Source: Eledone cirrhosa
Taxonomy: Eukaryota
Reading direction: 5' to 3'
Assembly (NCBI GenBank): GCA_964016885.1
Contig: OZ024743.1
Location: forward strand, 239,258,001 to 239,322,000
DNA length: 64,000 nucleotides
Made by a program: the position numbers and the translations under genes. The notes beneath the pieces are model-generated. The model worked only from the letters and a program-made list of their open reading frames with translations, had not been told where the DNA came from and did not search any database. Positions within the stretch are counted from its first letter, which is position 1. Every line of letters begins with the position of its first letter. Of the stretch, positions 40,240 through 54,000 are shown piece after piece.

Positions 40240-40575
40240 ATTGAGTTAGAAACTCAAAATAGTCTTTTACAATTAAATAGCTAAAGGAAGGGAATCTTTC
40301 CGAGCCGTGTAATACAATTGGATTTATGAGAGGGATGGACACCGATACAAGTATACATGTGTTCGAATTGCAAATGACCAAGTTAGCTAGGTTGAAAAAT
40401 ACTAATTTAAAATTTGTATTTTTACCAATTCAAATTAGTATTTTTACTAATTTAAATTAGTATTTTACTAATTTAAATTAGTATTTTTCAACCTAGCTAA
40501 CTTGGTCATTTACAATTCGAACACATGTATACTTGTATCGGTGTTGAACCCTCTCATATATTCAATTGTATTTAT
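40240..40575. repeat. Foldback repeat, same family as 10.9-11.4 kb
   Basis: Arms ~40314-40410 and ~40471-40570; spacer made of reiterated tactaatttaaattagta palindromes. Confidence 0.88.
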
Positions 40576-40583
40576 ATAATATA

Positions 40584-41609
40584 CTAGCATTAAAGCCCGG
40601 CGTTGCTCGGGTCAGTAAGTTACCAAAGTCAGGTTGCACCACCCATTTTATAGCAGCACTTTTTTGTCTGCCAGGCACTGGGTGAATGAATTGCAGACGT
40701 GGACTGCTGAAGCAGGAGCTGCACCAGCAGTGACAACTGTAATTTCGCCTATGGATATTATCTCTGTGCAAAGAAGTGTTTAAATTTATTGTTTCACAGT
40801 ACTTGCGCAACACGCGCGTAGACGACGCCAGCCGAACAACAGAGCTGCGATGGAGTTGTTCTGCATGGTTGTCTAATGTGTGTTTTCTAAATTTAAGACA
40901 GTAGGGAGGGTGTGATATGGGGAGAGTTAGCTGCTGTTTCTAGCAGGTTTAGTGACCTCAGAGAGGATATGTTTTCTAAATTTAAGACAGTAGGGAGCGG
41001 TGTGATATGGTGGAGAGTTAGCTGCTGTTTCTAGCAGGTTTAGTGACCTCATAGAGGATATTATTCTGTATAGTAAATGAACTGATACTTCTTTCTTCCA
41101 CGTTCGTTGATAAATGTTTTTAAAAAGATTTATCGCTATTTTTGTTGTTGAATAAATTATCTGTTGCTTTTGAATAATTGTTGTTTCGTATGAAATGTAA
41201 TAAGTTCTCTTTGTCATTGAAGTAAATAAATGTTTGACCGTTCCACACTCAAAAACAAACGTCCCTCTCTCTCTCTCCCTCTCACTCTCTCTCTCTCTCT
41301 TTCTCTTAAAGTTTGTAAGTTTAATCGTATATAAGAGAAAGTTGCAGCATGTATGTAGTTTTATCGGATTTTAAGGAGAGTAGAGAGAGTAAATCAGATT
41401 GTATTAGTGGAGTAAAGCGTCATGTATTTAGTTTTATCGATTATTTCCGTAATTGTGGGGGAGTTTGAATGAAATAAATAGTAGTTGTCCTAAGTGAGCC
41501 CATTTACAACACTTTTACAGACTTTGAATCGAATCGGTTTGAAATTGTGCAAATGTATAAACATGGAACATGCACACACACACAACAACAACAACCTGCC
41601 TTTTATAGA
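40584..41609 (-). mobile_element. Non-autonomous Helitron-like element
   Basis: Minus strand starts a|TCTATAAAAGGCAGG and ends with hairpin cccgagcaacgccggg, a short spacer and CTAG|t. Confidence 0.65.
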
Positions 41610-42508
41610 TAATGATATATTTATATATGTGTGTAGAAAGACCTTAGATTAATAAATACACATCCAATTTATTTCGTGGATCGCTGAAAAATATTAAAGA
41701 CAAAACAGATTCTTATTATGTTGGTAACTTCGTATGGGGTCTTTAAATTAATGTGTCTACTATTAGAAGTGAGTATGGAAGTGAGTATGGAAGTTATGTT
41801 GCCAACTACTGTTTGTTGATAATTTAGAAACTGATGTAAACAACCAAAATGTGCTTGAACATTGAAAAACAGTCTTCGTCTTTGAAAACAGAGATGTCGA
41901 TTCATACTTTTATATAATCTAATCAAGAATTTGTAAAGCGCCGTTAGAGATGCTGGCTGCTGTTATTGTTATTTTTATATCCGACATCTTTAACTCTGAT
42001 TGAGAAGATCTATGAACAAAGGTATTCCAGCTGTGGCCATGCAGTCATAGAATTTTATCATCTAATGTTTCCAACCCTTATGTTAAACATTGCAGGCTGT
42101 GTTTGGAGGGAGATTTGATATCTATTTATAACAGTTTGAGCGATCATGTGGAGGTTCCCTTGTTGGCTTGGTGTAAAATAGGTAGTTATAGGATTTGAGA
42201 ATACTGTAAACAAATTTTTATAGGAATATCCTACCCTATCTTCGGCCATACAGTGGGCTATATTCATATATACTTATTGAATGTATGAAAACAACAAAAA
42301 TAAAATGTTCATATTAAATATATGCATTTATTTGTCACTTCCTATTTTCAACTTTCCGATTTATCTTCAGTTTACCTGATTATATATCACCATATATAAT
42401 TTATCGGCATATGTGACTGTAAACACACAGTGTTTATAAATATATTTTTTCTGTATATAATACAGCAATGTTAATATATACAAATATACATCTCTATAAA
42501 CGTATATT

Positions 42509-42614
<106 letters not shown>

Positions 42615-42842
42615 ATATATACATATATATATATACATGGAGTTTTGTAATATACACACATCTGGTTTTGCCGAAGAATCTCGTATATACTAAAAGAATA
42701 TATATATATATATATATATGCAAAAGTTATATTTAATTTGTTGGGATTCAACAAGCTTAAAAGTTTTATAACTGATATGAAGCACTCTGGATTAAATATT
42801 CAATATATTAATAAATGGAAACTATATTTATAAAACCATAAT

Positions 42843-42908
42843 TATTTTATTATATATATTTCAAGGGCAACCAAGGCAAATTTTGGTGCGCTTTCATCAG
42901 ATAAAATA
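42843..42908 (-). ncRNA. Type I hammerhead ribozyme, canonical core
   Basis: uauuuuau CUGAUGA aagcgcaccaa-loop-uugguugcccuu GAAA uauaua UA auaaaaua; 8-bp stem I. Confidence 0.8.
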
Positions 42909-43107
42909 CAAAATTTGTTTTATAAATGTTGACATACCCGTAGAAAAACAACCTTGACGGTTGAAGGTTCTCTGGATATATATATATATAAGTCCAGAGA
43001 CAAAAACCAAAACTGAATACTAACCAATACAATTACTAATTCTCATTTATTCCTAATTAAACTATTTTTCACTGTGAACAATTTGTCAGCAATTTCTATT
43101 CCGTTTA

Positions 43108-43174
<67 letters not shown>

Positions 43175-44353
43175 CAGGCAGTAACGGTCCACAGAATCAA
43201 AGGCCTTCCTAAAGTCAATGAAAACCATGACCGCAGGAAGGCACTTTGCTCTAGCTCCCTCTAATATCCTCCTCAGCATCAGGATGTGACTGGTGGTTGA
43301 TCTACCCGTTACTGCCTGATGAAGATCTTACACGCTTATGGAATCCCCAAGAGGATAGTGGACCTGATATCACTGCTCTACACCAACACCAAAGCCCAAG
43401 TCATTACACCTAATGGGATGACAGAGTTCTTTGAGATACTGGCTGGAGTGCTCCAGGGAGATACATTGGCTCCCTACCTTTTTATCATCGTAGTGGACTA
43501 TTGTATGCTCCTTGCACTGGAGAAACACCAGGACTCTGGCTTTACTGTAGCACCGGCTCAGAGCAGGAGAGTTGGGGCAAAAAAGGTATCGGATGCTGAA
43601 TTTGCCGACGACATAGTTTTGGTGACAAATACAGTGAAGGAGGCAGAGGATTTGATGCGGGAGGTTGAGACTGTGTCGATGAGTGTGGGGCTGAGAATGA
43701 ATGAGACTAAAACAAAATATCTGGTAGAAAATATTGAGAAGTCAGAGGGGATCACTAATGTAGGCGGGAAGCCGCTGGAATTGATTGAGAACTTCCTGTA
43801 TTTGGGAGCAAAGATTGGGAATACGGAAGATGATGTGGTTGAGAGGAAGAGCAAGGCCTGGGCGGCGTGTCACAGCTTGAGATCGGTGTGGAAGTCGGAC
43901 CTTCGTAGAGACCTGAAAATCCGCCTCTTCATTGCTGTAGTGGAGTCTGTGCTGCTGTATGGGTCTGAGACTTGGACACTGACCATGAGACTCACTCAGA
44001 TGGTGGATGGGTGCTACACGAGAATGCTGAGGATGGCTTTGAACATTAATCAGTATACACTGAGGATGAAAAACTCAGAGCTGTATGGGAGCATCCCAAA
44101 AGTAAGCTCAAAAGTGACACAGAGGAGATTGAGGTTGGCTGGACATGCTCACCGACATCCAGAGTTGACATTGCACTCAGTGCTCCTTTGGGAGCCCCTA
44201 CATGGACACACTAGAAGAGGAAGACCAAGGTTAACATATGTTGATGCCCTAAGGACAGACACTGGTCTGTTGGAGATGCAGGATATGGCAGCGATAATGA
44301 GGGACAGAGACCGCTGGAGAGAACTCGTCCATGGATCTCGGGAATTTTACCCG

Positions 44354-44356
<3 letters not shown>
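43175..44356 (+). mobile_element. 5'-truncated, 5'-inverted RTE-clade LINE in (TA)n
   Basis: GVLQGDTLAPYLF, EFADD, FLYLG, LLYGSETW, RRLRLAGH, RRGRP; upstream FIDFRKAFDSV segment lies on the minus strand (43175-43306). Confidence 0.9.
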
Positions 44357-44405
<49 letters not shown>

Positions 44406-44470
44406 TTTTTTTCCCTGTTTTGTTGATAGCGCATTGTATATCTCTCTCTGGTGTGTTACCTTTTCAACAT

Positions 44471-44549
<79 letters not shown>

Positions 44550-44569
44550 GTATGTATGTATATATATAT

Positions 44570-46021
44570 ATTTATTAAAATAACAGATTAAAGTTTAAGC
44601 AAAGAATCGCTGCTTTCGCTCTTAACGGGATCTTCTGAAACAAAAAAAAATCAATCTGTGAACGCAGAAGTAAATATTTCGAAAAACGTTGCAACGGAAG
44701 GAAGACAGGAAGATGATACTTTGGTTCGTGAAATCGTTCCCTGGCAATGAACGAAAAAAAAACGAAGATAATACGTCATTATTTGGTGCGTTGAAAACAA
44801 TTACACACAAAGACAAAACCACGTTCATGGTATAAATGAAGTCGTAGACTAATATTCTATTAGGTGGTTCGTGGAGACGTTCCCTTCCAATGAACGGCAA
44901 AAACGAAGATAATACGTCATTAAGTACGAACTATACGCGGATGATTTACGTCTCGATGTGTTAGCTAAGTATATTTTATGTTTATACCATTACTTATTTG
45001 TATAGGTAAGTATGTATTACCTGTATGTTTTGTGAAGGTACATATACTTTACCATACGTATATTTGCTTGTATTTGTTATAGGCGTATATATTATATCAT
45101 TTATACTGGTACATGTGTATATGGTTATGTGTATACGTGAGTTTTGCGTTTGTGTGTGTATGCGGGTTAACACGTATGGAGGGTGTGTGTATATGTGTAC
45201 TTTGTGTTTTCGTTGACGTATGTTTAGCGAACATATGTGTATTTACATGTGGGTGTCTGTATATTTACATACGTTTATATAATTATATGTATACATGCAA
45301 ACACACATGTATCTATATATATATATATTTTATATATGCTTTATGTGTATTTGGTGGATAAGTTCGTATGTGTGCGGGTACAGCGTTGCGTGGCTTTTTG
45401 TATGTGTGCGCGTGGTTTTGTGTACATGTCTGTATTTGCATACCCATGACGGGTGTTTCCGCGTATGCATGTGTATGTACGTATATGGATGCGTGCATCT
45501 ATATTTTTAATTATTGTTGACTTCAATAACTTCTGTAATTTATTTACATTATTCTTAACTCTGAAGCCGAGAATCATTCGGTTTCCTAGTTAGAATTTTA
45601 GTCTACGACTTCAGTTATACCATAAACGTGGTTTTGTCTTTGCGTGTAATTGTTCTCATCCTTCCACATATTGACGTATTATCTTCGTTTTTGCCGTTCA
45701 TTGCCAGGGAACGTCTCCACGAACCTCTTAATAGTATATTAGTCTACGACTTCATTTATACCATGAACGTGGTTTTGTCTTTGCGTGTAATTGTTTTCAC
45801 CGCACCAAATAATGATGTATAAATTTCGTTTTTTTTTCGTTCTTTGCCAGGGAACGTTTCCACGAACCAAAGTATCGTCTTCCTGTCTCCCTTCGGTTGC
45901 AACGTTTTACGAAATATTTACTTCTGTGTTCACAGATTGATTTTCTTAGTATCAGAAGATCCCGTTAAGGGTGAAAGCAGTGATTTTTTGCTTAAACTTT
46001 AATCTGTTATTTTAATAAATA
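44570..46021. repeat. Long inverted repeat (arms ~350 bp) with internal ~140-bp subrepeats and TG-rich spacer
   Basis: 44570-44920 reverse-complements ~45670-46021; extra partial subrepeat 45600-45670. Confidence 0.88.
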
Positions 46022-47715
46022 TTTGTCCTACGGTTCTTATATATTTGATATATATTTATCCTTATCGAGCCCTCTATTTGTATGTATGTACGTATGTGTG
46101 TGTTTGTGTACATTTAATGTATATAAATATATTCTTTCAACAAACCTAGCTTATTAATAAATTACCTGATAATTTCGTTATATCGCAATGTTTTGCCTCT
46201 CTGTATATCACTTGAAAACGGTGAGATGGGGGACGGTAGCTGCTAATATCAGTCGTGCTCCGTTTTGGGATTGTTCTTATGAGATAAGACAGCAACATTA
46301 ATATATTGTGACGAGTTATTTCATTCTCATGTTGGACAGAACTTTCCAGATATAAAATGAAATCTATCCCGTTAGAGATATCGTTTTTTTTTGTCTGATA
46401 TGTTTATATTGTGTTTGTCAAAAAAAATATTTCTTTTTTTTTTTAAACTTAAAATCTATTCTTATATTCCAGAATGTCATGACTGAGATAAGTGTTGTTT
46501 TAATTTCTTGACCATTAATTTAGGTAGTGTACATTGTAAAAAATAACTACAGTAAGAGGATAAAATCTAAACCATAACTGAATTGTGCGAGTTCGTATCC
46601 TATCTCTATGCCACTAGTTCTCAAACTAGTGGTAGCAGTATAAATACAGAAGGGGTTCGGGACAAAATTTCGAAAGCGCTGCAAACACAAAATTCTTTTG
46701 CCTTTAACATATTTGATATGTAAAATGTTCATGAATATATTGTTCTAAAATAAACCATATGGAAAATGTCTCCAAGAAGAGTTTAGTAACAAATATCAGT
46801 GTACCTCGTTGAAATGTGGATTTTTAAAAAAGGAAGAGTATAACGTTATTCATTTGCCACAATGGGAATGGGTAGTGAAACAATACTCTAACTAGTCGCT
46901 ATAACTACTAGAAATATCAGCTCCTCCTTTACTAAACCACACACCACGTCTTAAATAAGAGCATCATAATATAATAAAGGGAGGAGTGCGAGACAGCATC
47001 CGTTTTATATTTTTTATATCCCGGTAGTAAAATAAGTTGGATTACTTTGAATAAATAATGAATGAATATTAAATAATTTATGTACTAAATTTTCGTAGCT
47101 GTGGATTAAACGTCAATATTCTTATATATAAAGTATTGCTTATTTTAAGATTCACTTCTTTTAAAATGTTCAAATGTCTACACTTCCAGGTTAGCATCCG
47201 TTATATTATAACACTTATTACATCGCTTATGAAAACGTTCATATATTTGCATCGTTATATAAGATTTATATTTCTATCACTAATTTTCTCCTTTTTCGTT
47301 TTCATTACATTTCACCGTAATGCAGTTTATATATAATATCGTCTTTTTTAAATATATCATGGATTACTTTACTGAAGACAGTGTAACAGTCTCTCTTCAA
47401 TTTCTCTGCATATTGTGAATTACAATTTGACATATCATATCTACATGCATGTATATTTGCATATAATATCAATATGCACACTACACATGCTAGTAGAAAA
47501 CAACCCGAAGGGTGGTTTTTCTGCTAGTATTAGGTAATGATGTCTAGGGTACAGAATACCTTTAAAAAAAAGACGGCATAAAAACGTATCACAAGCTTTC
47601 CTTATTAGAAGTCTGCTCTAGCAGGGTAAAAGTGGGTTTAGATAACAACAAAAACAAAGTTGAAATATCAGTAAGACATCGAAATAGTTTCGATATCCTT
47701 ACTTTCAACGTGTTG

Positions 47716-47903
47716 CATACCTGTCAACTCTTCCCGTTCGACGGGGATATTTGTCTTTGGGGTGGATGAGAGATGTCTTCTCTTGTGAAAATGAGTATAA
47801 CTTTCATTATGTAAAATCTCCCCATTTTGCCTCATTTCTCCCCGTTTTGGAGCAGCTTTTACACGTTACTCCCCGTTTGGGTTTTTTTAGGTTGGCAGGT
47901 CTG
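47716..47903. mobile_element. MITE with 13-bp imperfect TIRs and 6-bp TSD
   Basis: catacctgtcaac ... gttggcaggtctg; gtgttg at 47710-47715 and 47904-47909. Confidence 0.75.
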
Positions 47904-49384
47904 GTGTTGTTAATCGAAACGAAACCAGCATAACTATTAAAACAAACAAAAACAATTAGATGAAATGCGAAGAGAGAGAGTTCGCGACAGAGAGATGTGA
48001 TATCAGTCGTACTGCGTTTTAGGATTGATTTTGTGTGAGAAGAAAGACAGCAACATTAGTATATCGTAATTAATCGTGTCATTCTCCTCTTGGATAGAAC
48101 TTTACAATATGCAAGTACCTCAAAAATTATATGAGGCAGCTAATATGGAACGGAATTTTAGAACATATTACAGGCATGCAGTGGGGTGGGTAATGAGCCT
48201 ATGCGGTGGGTAATGAGCCGATGATTAACTTAAATGCGGTTTATAGTTGAGTTTACTCACCACCTGAGTCAAAATCGTGTCGTGAGAGATTTCGACATTA
48301 CAAATATTTATGTCACTCTAATTAAAGAAGCTCTATATGGCCTTTCGGTCTGCTAGAAATGTCAAATAAATCTCACACTCAAATCATATATCTAAAATTA
48401 ATTAAATTAAATTAAATTAAGGGAGTCATGTCCGAGACATGCGCCATATCAAACATAGAATAAGCTCAAAGATTCCAATGAATAGATCCGAGTATTTTAT
48501 ATCAACTAGAAATTGATTGACATACATATATTTAAAATAAACACATGAAACAATCACAGGGGATAATTTTTAAAGTGTGTAATCACACATAGTTATGTAG
48601 GTAACTAATTAAAGTTTAACTAGAGTTTTAAATATTACCTTTTTAAAAAATGATTAATCCTCCTTGTATATATTTCATTAAAGAAATATATTTCACCGCT
48701 AATCCGTAAAGTTACAGTAGTCAAATCTTGGACCTTCAGCAAGGGGGAAGATTTAACAATCTGTGCTTACACATCTAATGCAAATCTGCGAGTGAGCCAT
48801 CGCACGTGTTGCATTTCTAAAACTACTAACAACATGCTAGCGTCACCACATTGGCGTGAATAGGGTGATCGACAGCTATAAATATCAGCCGTGTCCTTTC
48901 AACTGAATAAACTCTAAAATTAAGGAGTCGATAGTTGATTGAATAAAAGGCACGATGTTTTGAACAATGTAGTACAAAACCTCTGAATTAAAGATGAGAT
49001 TATCACAGCTGGAATCTCTATAATCACAGGTCTGTTGGATCTCAAGTCAACTGTGGGTAAAAACATCAGCAAGACTTTTACATATGTCAGTCATTTAAAT
49101 ACAGCTTTTGGTTGTTTCATGTTATTTCAAATCCTATTTTACTAATCATATCCCAACTTGTTTATTGCATCGTTCAGATAACAAACGATATCATCTAAAA
49201 GATGTTCCACGTGTATAAGATGTTCCACGCGTTTAATAGTCCGAAGAAAGTTAAATATACTTAACGCTTTCCTCCACTAATTAGAGAGTAATCAAAGCAC
49301 AATAACTTGTCTAGAATATATTGATAATTATTATAACATTGGTATTCGTACTTCTTGGTGTATTTTGTGTTTTCGTCGAATAGA

Positions 49385-50000
49385 ATGTTTTACAGTATTC
49401 GTTATGGCTTTGGGTTCAAATACCACCGAGGTTAGCTTTGCCTTTAATCCTTAAGGGGTCGATGAAATAAAGTACCAGTAAAGGACTAGGGTCGATTTAA
49501 TCAACGTTCTCCCCACCTAAAATTGTTGGGCTTGTGCCTAAATCACAAATCATTATTTTAGTTATATTTTAATGCATTTTAGGCAGCTAAATGTCGTTAA
49601 AACTTCGGATAGGATGCTTTGCGGTATTCATTTCTGCCAAATCTCTCACTAAATTCAAATCCCGCTAACGTCAACTTTGCCTTTCAGCTTTGAGAAGTCG
49701 ACAAAACAAAGTATCAGTCTAGTAATGGGGGTTATTCTTCCATGATGATGCTGTTACTGATGATGATTATGTTCACAATGATCTTTAATTTAGGCTCAGA
49801 GTCAGCAATTTTGTGGAGAAGGAGACGTCAGTTATATCGAACCCAATGCCTAAGAGGTAATTTATTTGAATTCAGAATGTAATGTAACTAAACGACATAT
49901 CATTATTATTAACCTTGGCGGGATTTGAACTCAGAATGTAAAGGGCCGTAACTATATGCTACAAAGCATTATGTCCGACGCATAACGATACAGTCAATCA
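49385..50000. mobile_element. Cluster of SINE fragments in both orientations
   Basis: gggttcaaataccaccgaggttagctttgcc; ttcaaatcccgctaacgtcaactttgcc; aaccttggcgggatttgaactcag. Confidence 0.75.
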
Positions 50001-50897
50001 TAAATAATGAACTCGTTTATTGGCTACTAGAGCCCAAGACACTGGGGAAAATACGACGTCAAAACCAGCATTAGGTTTTACATTGAATTAGGAGTAGGCG
50101 GCTTCACGAATGCAAAAGTATTAGGTATGACAATAGCAGTAAATACTAGCAACAACAACAGACATGATGGAACACATACAAATACAAAAAATCATCCATT
50201 GCCGCTAGTATCTACATTAACTTCCATCACTACATAAACAAACAAACAAATGAAACAACAACAACTTGCAAACAATTCATCAGCAATGGCGGAAAAAGAA
50301 GAATGTATGATGGTGAATTTGTGTTGGTCAATTTGGGAGGAAACGCACTTAATCCCCCAGACTGACTGAACGGTGGTTGTGATATATTTTCATGCACAGA
50401 ATTATAGAAAAGAAATTTCAAATGAATATAACTACAGAGTGAAACAAATTAACAAACTCATCTGTATTGTTTTGATTTTTTTCCCCTTTATGGCAATAAT
50501 ACCACAAAGAGGAGCACTATACAATAAAACTTATTACCATGCTTATATGACCAGAGATAGAGAGAAAAATACGAAAGTAAATAGAAAGAAAGCAACAAAA
50601 ACAAAAAACAAAAATAAAACAAGGCACTAAAAGAATTTCAATATCACCAATACGTGTAATAGACAATGAGAAATATGACGTAGGGAAACAATTACGAGAT
50701 AATTGACAGGTAACGTAATACACTTTTGTGTTACATATTTTATATTTTGTTGCTCTATTTCTTTTGACGATGCTTGGTAGGTTTTTTTAAACTTTGTTTT
50801 ATCGTGTTTCGTTATTTCGGCTATTGTTCAAGATTTCTTTTGATGGCTATACAACCATCGTTTTTGCTGATGGTATTAAGTAATTATTATTATAAAC

Positions 50898-50935
<38 letters not shown>

Positions 50936-51008
50936 CTTGAATCTCAGTCATTGATGTTGGTTAACTGGAAAGTCCGTTGGATTGAATATCAAGCCACTAC
51001 CTGCAGCC

Positions 51009-54000
51009 TCAGATATTCAGGACGTATCGGAGGGTTCTTGCTGTTCCAAGCAAGCATGCCTTTTGAAGCGTTCCAAAAAGCGTGAAGGGGCCGATTTTCT
51101 TTAACCATCCCTGGAAACCTTTGGAGATCGTCCCCAGTGCGCCTATTACAATCGGGATCACTTTGACTTCATGGCAGTTCCAAATCCTTTTCACCTCCCA
51201 CTTTAGGTCCTGGTATCGGTTAATTTTCTCCCTCTCCTTCTCTTGCACTCTCGTGTCGAACGGGCAGGCCACATCCACAATCAGGCACGATCTTTTTTCT
51301 TTGTCCACAACCACCAGGTCAGGTCTATTGTGTTCCAGTTTTTTGTCCGTCTGTATCCTAAAATCCCACAGCACCTTCACCTGACTGTTCTCCATCACCG
51401 CCTCTGGCCTATGCTCATACCATTTCTCAGAATGTGGTAGATTGTTTACTTTGCACAGGTGCCAGTGGATCACCCTGCCCATCACATCGTGTCTCCAGCC
51501 CTTATAGTGGGTCTGGGCTAGGTGTTTACACTCGGACACAATGTGAGCCACAGTCTCCTCTCTCTCTCCACAGATCCTGCACAGTGGGCTAGCCTCCTCC
51601 TTGTAGATATGGTGTTTCAACCACTTCGTTTTGAGGGCCTGCTCCTGCGCAGCCATTAGCATTCCTTCTGTAGCCTTTTTGAGGTCTCCTCTTCTCAACC
51701 AGTTCCATGTCTGTGGATCTCTAAATTCAGTTTTCTCAAAGAAGGTACTATGAAGGGATTTTCCCTTAAGGCTGCTCTTCCTCCTTGATGTTATTTCCTC
51801 CTTGGACATCCCCTGGCTTACTGTCCCCTCCTTCAGTACAGTTCTGAGCATTGGCTCCTTACTATAGGTCACGTATTTGTATAGGTTGTTTTTCTCCATC
51901 TGAACACAGTCCTCTATGCTGATAAGACCTCTTCCACCCTCAGATCTCCTTAGGTAGAGTCTATCGACATCACTCCTCTTGTGGAACATGTTGTAGATAG
52001 TCAATAGCTTCCTAGTCTTCCTATCCATTTCTTTTTGTTCAGCAACATTCCATCTCAGAATTCCCGCACTGTACCTAATAATAGACACAGCTCGGGAATT
52101 TACTGCGCTTATGGCATTTCTGCTGTTCAGATGTGACTTCAATACGCTCCTTACTCTCCGAATGTATTCAGTTCTTAACAATTCCTTCATTTTTTTGTTC
52201 TTTATGCCATCAGCCTCCAGAACGCCCAAATACTTGTATCCTTCCTCAGAGTCAATTTCCTTTATCATCTCACCTGTTGGTATCTGGATCCCGTTACTTC
52301 TGCTCAACCTACCCCTCTTCATCACAATGACTCCAGATTTACCAATACCAAACTGCATACATATATCACTGCTGAAAATACGGACAGTGTCAACAAGCAC
52401 ATCCAAATCCTTCTCACTTTTCCCGAAGAGCTTAAGATCGTCCATGAAGAGGAGGTGATTGATGGTAAGCTCTCCCCTTCCCAACTTGTATCCTGCTCTC
52501 ACTTTTCGCAGCATAATGGTCAAGGGCATCAGGGCAAGGACAAACAACAGAGGGGACAGGCTATCTCCCTGGAAGATACCTTTCTTGATCTTCACGCTTC
52601 CCAAGGATACTCCAGTTGATGTCAACTCTGTCTCCCAGGACCCCATACTCCTGCCCAGCAACTGTCTGATGTTATCTGCCACCCTGAAGACCTCCAGGCT
52701 TTTGGTGATCCAGGAATGAGGCACCATGTCAAATGCCTTTCTGTAGTCTATCCATCCCATGGCAAGATCAGTGTGTCTCCTCCTGCAATTCCCCATTACC
52801 ATCTTATCAATAAGCAACTGGTCCTTTGTACCACGTGACTTCTTTCGGCATCCTTTCTGTTCGTCCGGTAGCAAGTTGTTTGTGTGGAGGTGATGGTAGA
52901 TTTCCTCAGACACAATGCTCGTCAACAGTTTCCACATTACGGGCAGATATGTGATAGGTCTATAGTTGGTAACATCATTACCCTTGATTCGGTCTTTCAT
53001 TATCAGAACTGTGGTACCTTTTGTCAACCACTCTGGCACCTCACCCGACACCAAGCAGTCATTGAACATGGCCGTCAGCTTCGAGTGGAGGGATGTTAAA
53101 TGTTTAATCCAATACCCCTGCACACCATCTGGGCCTGGTGATTTCCAGTTGGTTAGTTTTTTGGCTTGCCCCTTAAGAGTTTCAACTGTGATACTCAAAT
53201 CAGTCTGTTGTTGTGCCTTCTCACCGATCTCCCTCTGTACTGTCTCAATCCACCCTGCCTGGGCATTGTGTCTAACATCCTGCTCCCATATTCCTCTCCA
53301 GAATGTTTTAGCTTGTTCCGCCCCAGGGATCAAGTCGTTGCCTCTTTCTTTCCCCTCAAGCTGTCCAAACAGCATCTTCTGGTTGTTGTCGAACATGCGG
53401 TTCTGTTTATACTGACTGACTCTGTTCTCGTATCGCCTGATTTTGGCACTCTTTGCTACAATGCGTTGCTTCAATTCCTCTATGATAATATTTAGCTTTT
53501 TACTCCTAGTTTTGTATTTTATTTCCAGTCTATTTTTAGTGCCTATGTTTTTTAGTGTCCCATTCAGTAGTGACTCAAGCTTTCCTATGTCATTTCTCAT
53601 TTCCCCGATTTGCCCACTCAGTCGCTTCTTCCACCACGGCTCTGCTCTTTCTTGTCTGTTGTTTCCTCTCGCTTTTATACCAAGTAGTTTCCTCACCGTA
53701 TTTGCTGTTGCTTTGAGGATATTGTTGCACTGGTGAAGACTCCTCGCCTCAAGGTATGGGATGACTTTGTTTACCCTAGCTGTTGTTTCTTTTAACTTTT
53801 TCCTGTCTACAAATCTTAGGTTCATAGGTCTCCCACTATCATTGTTCAATTCATCTACCACTAGATTTAGGATGTCAACCGAATCTTGTCCTAGCCCGTC
53901 AGCATTCATCTCCTCAGTGGCCGTATCTCTGTTCCAGGTATTATTTATCTCAGTATTCAGATCATTGTCTGCTTCGGGTGGTTCCTCCGTTCTCAGGACC

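Noticed and set aside
47488-47530. Hairpin tgctagtagaaaacaaccc-gaa-gggtggtttttctgctagta
   Set aside because: Isolated ~43-nt hairpin, too short for a pre-miRNA, with no element boundaries evident
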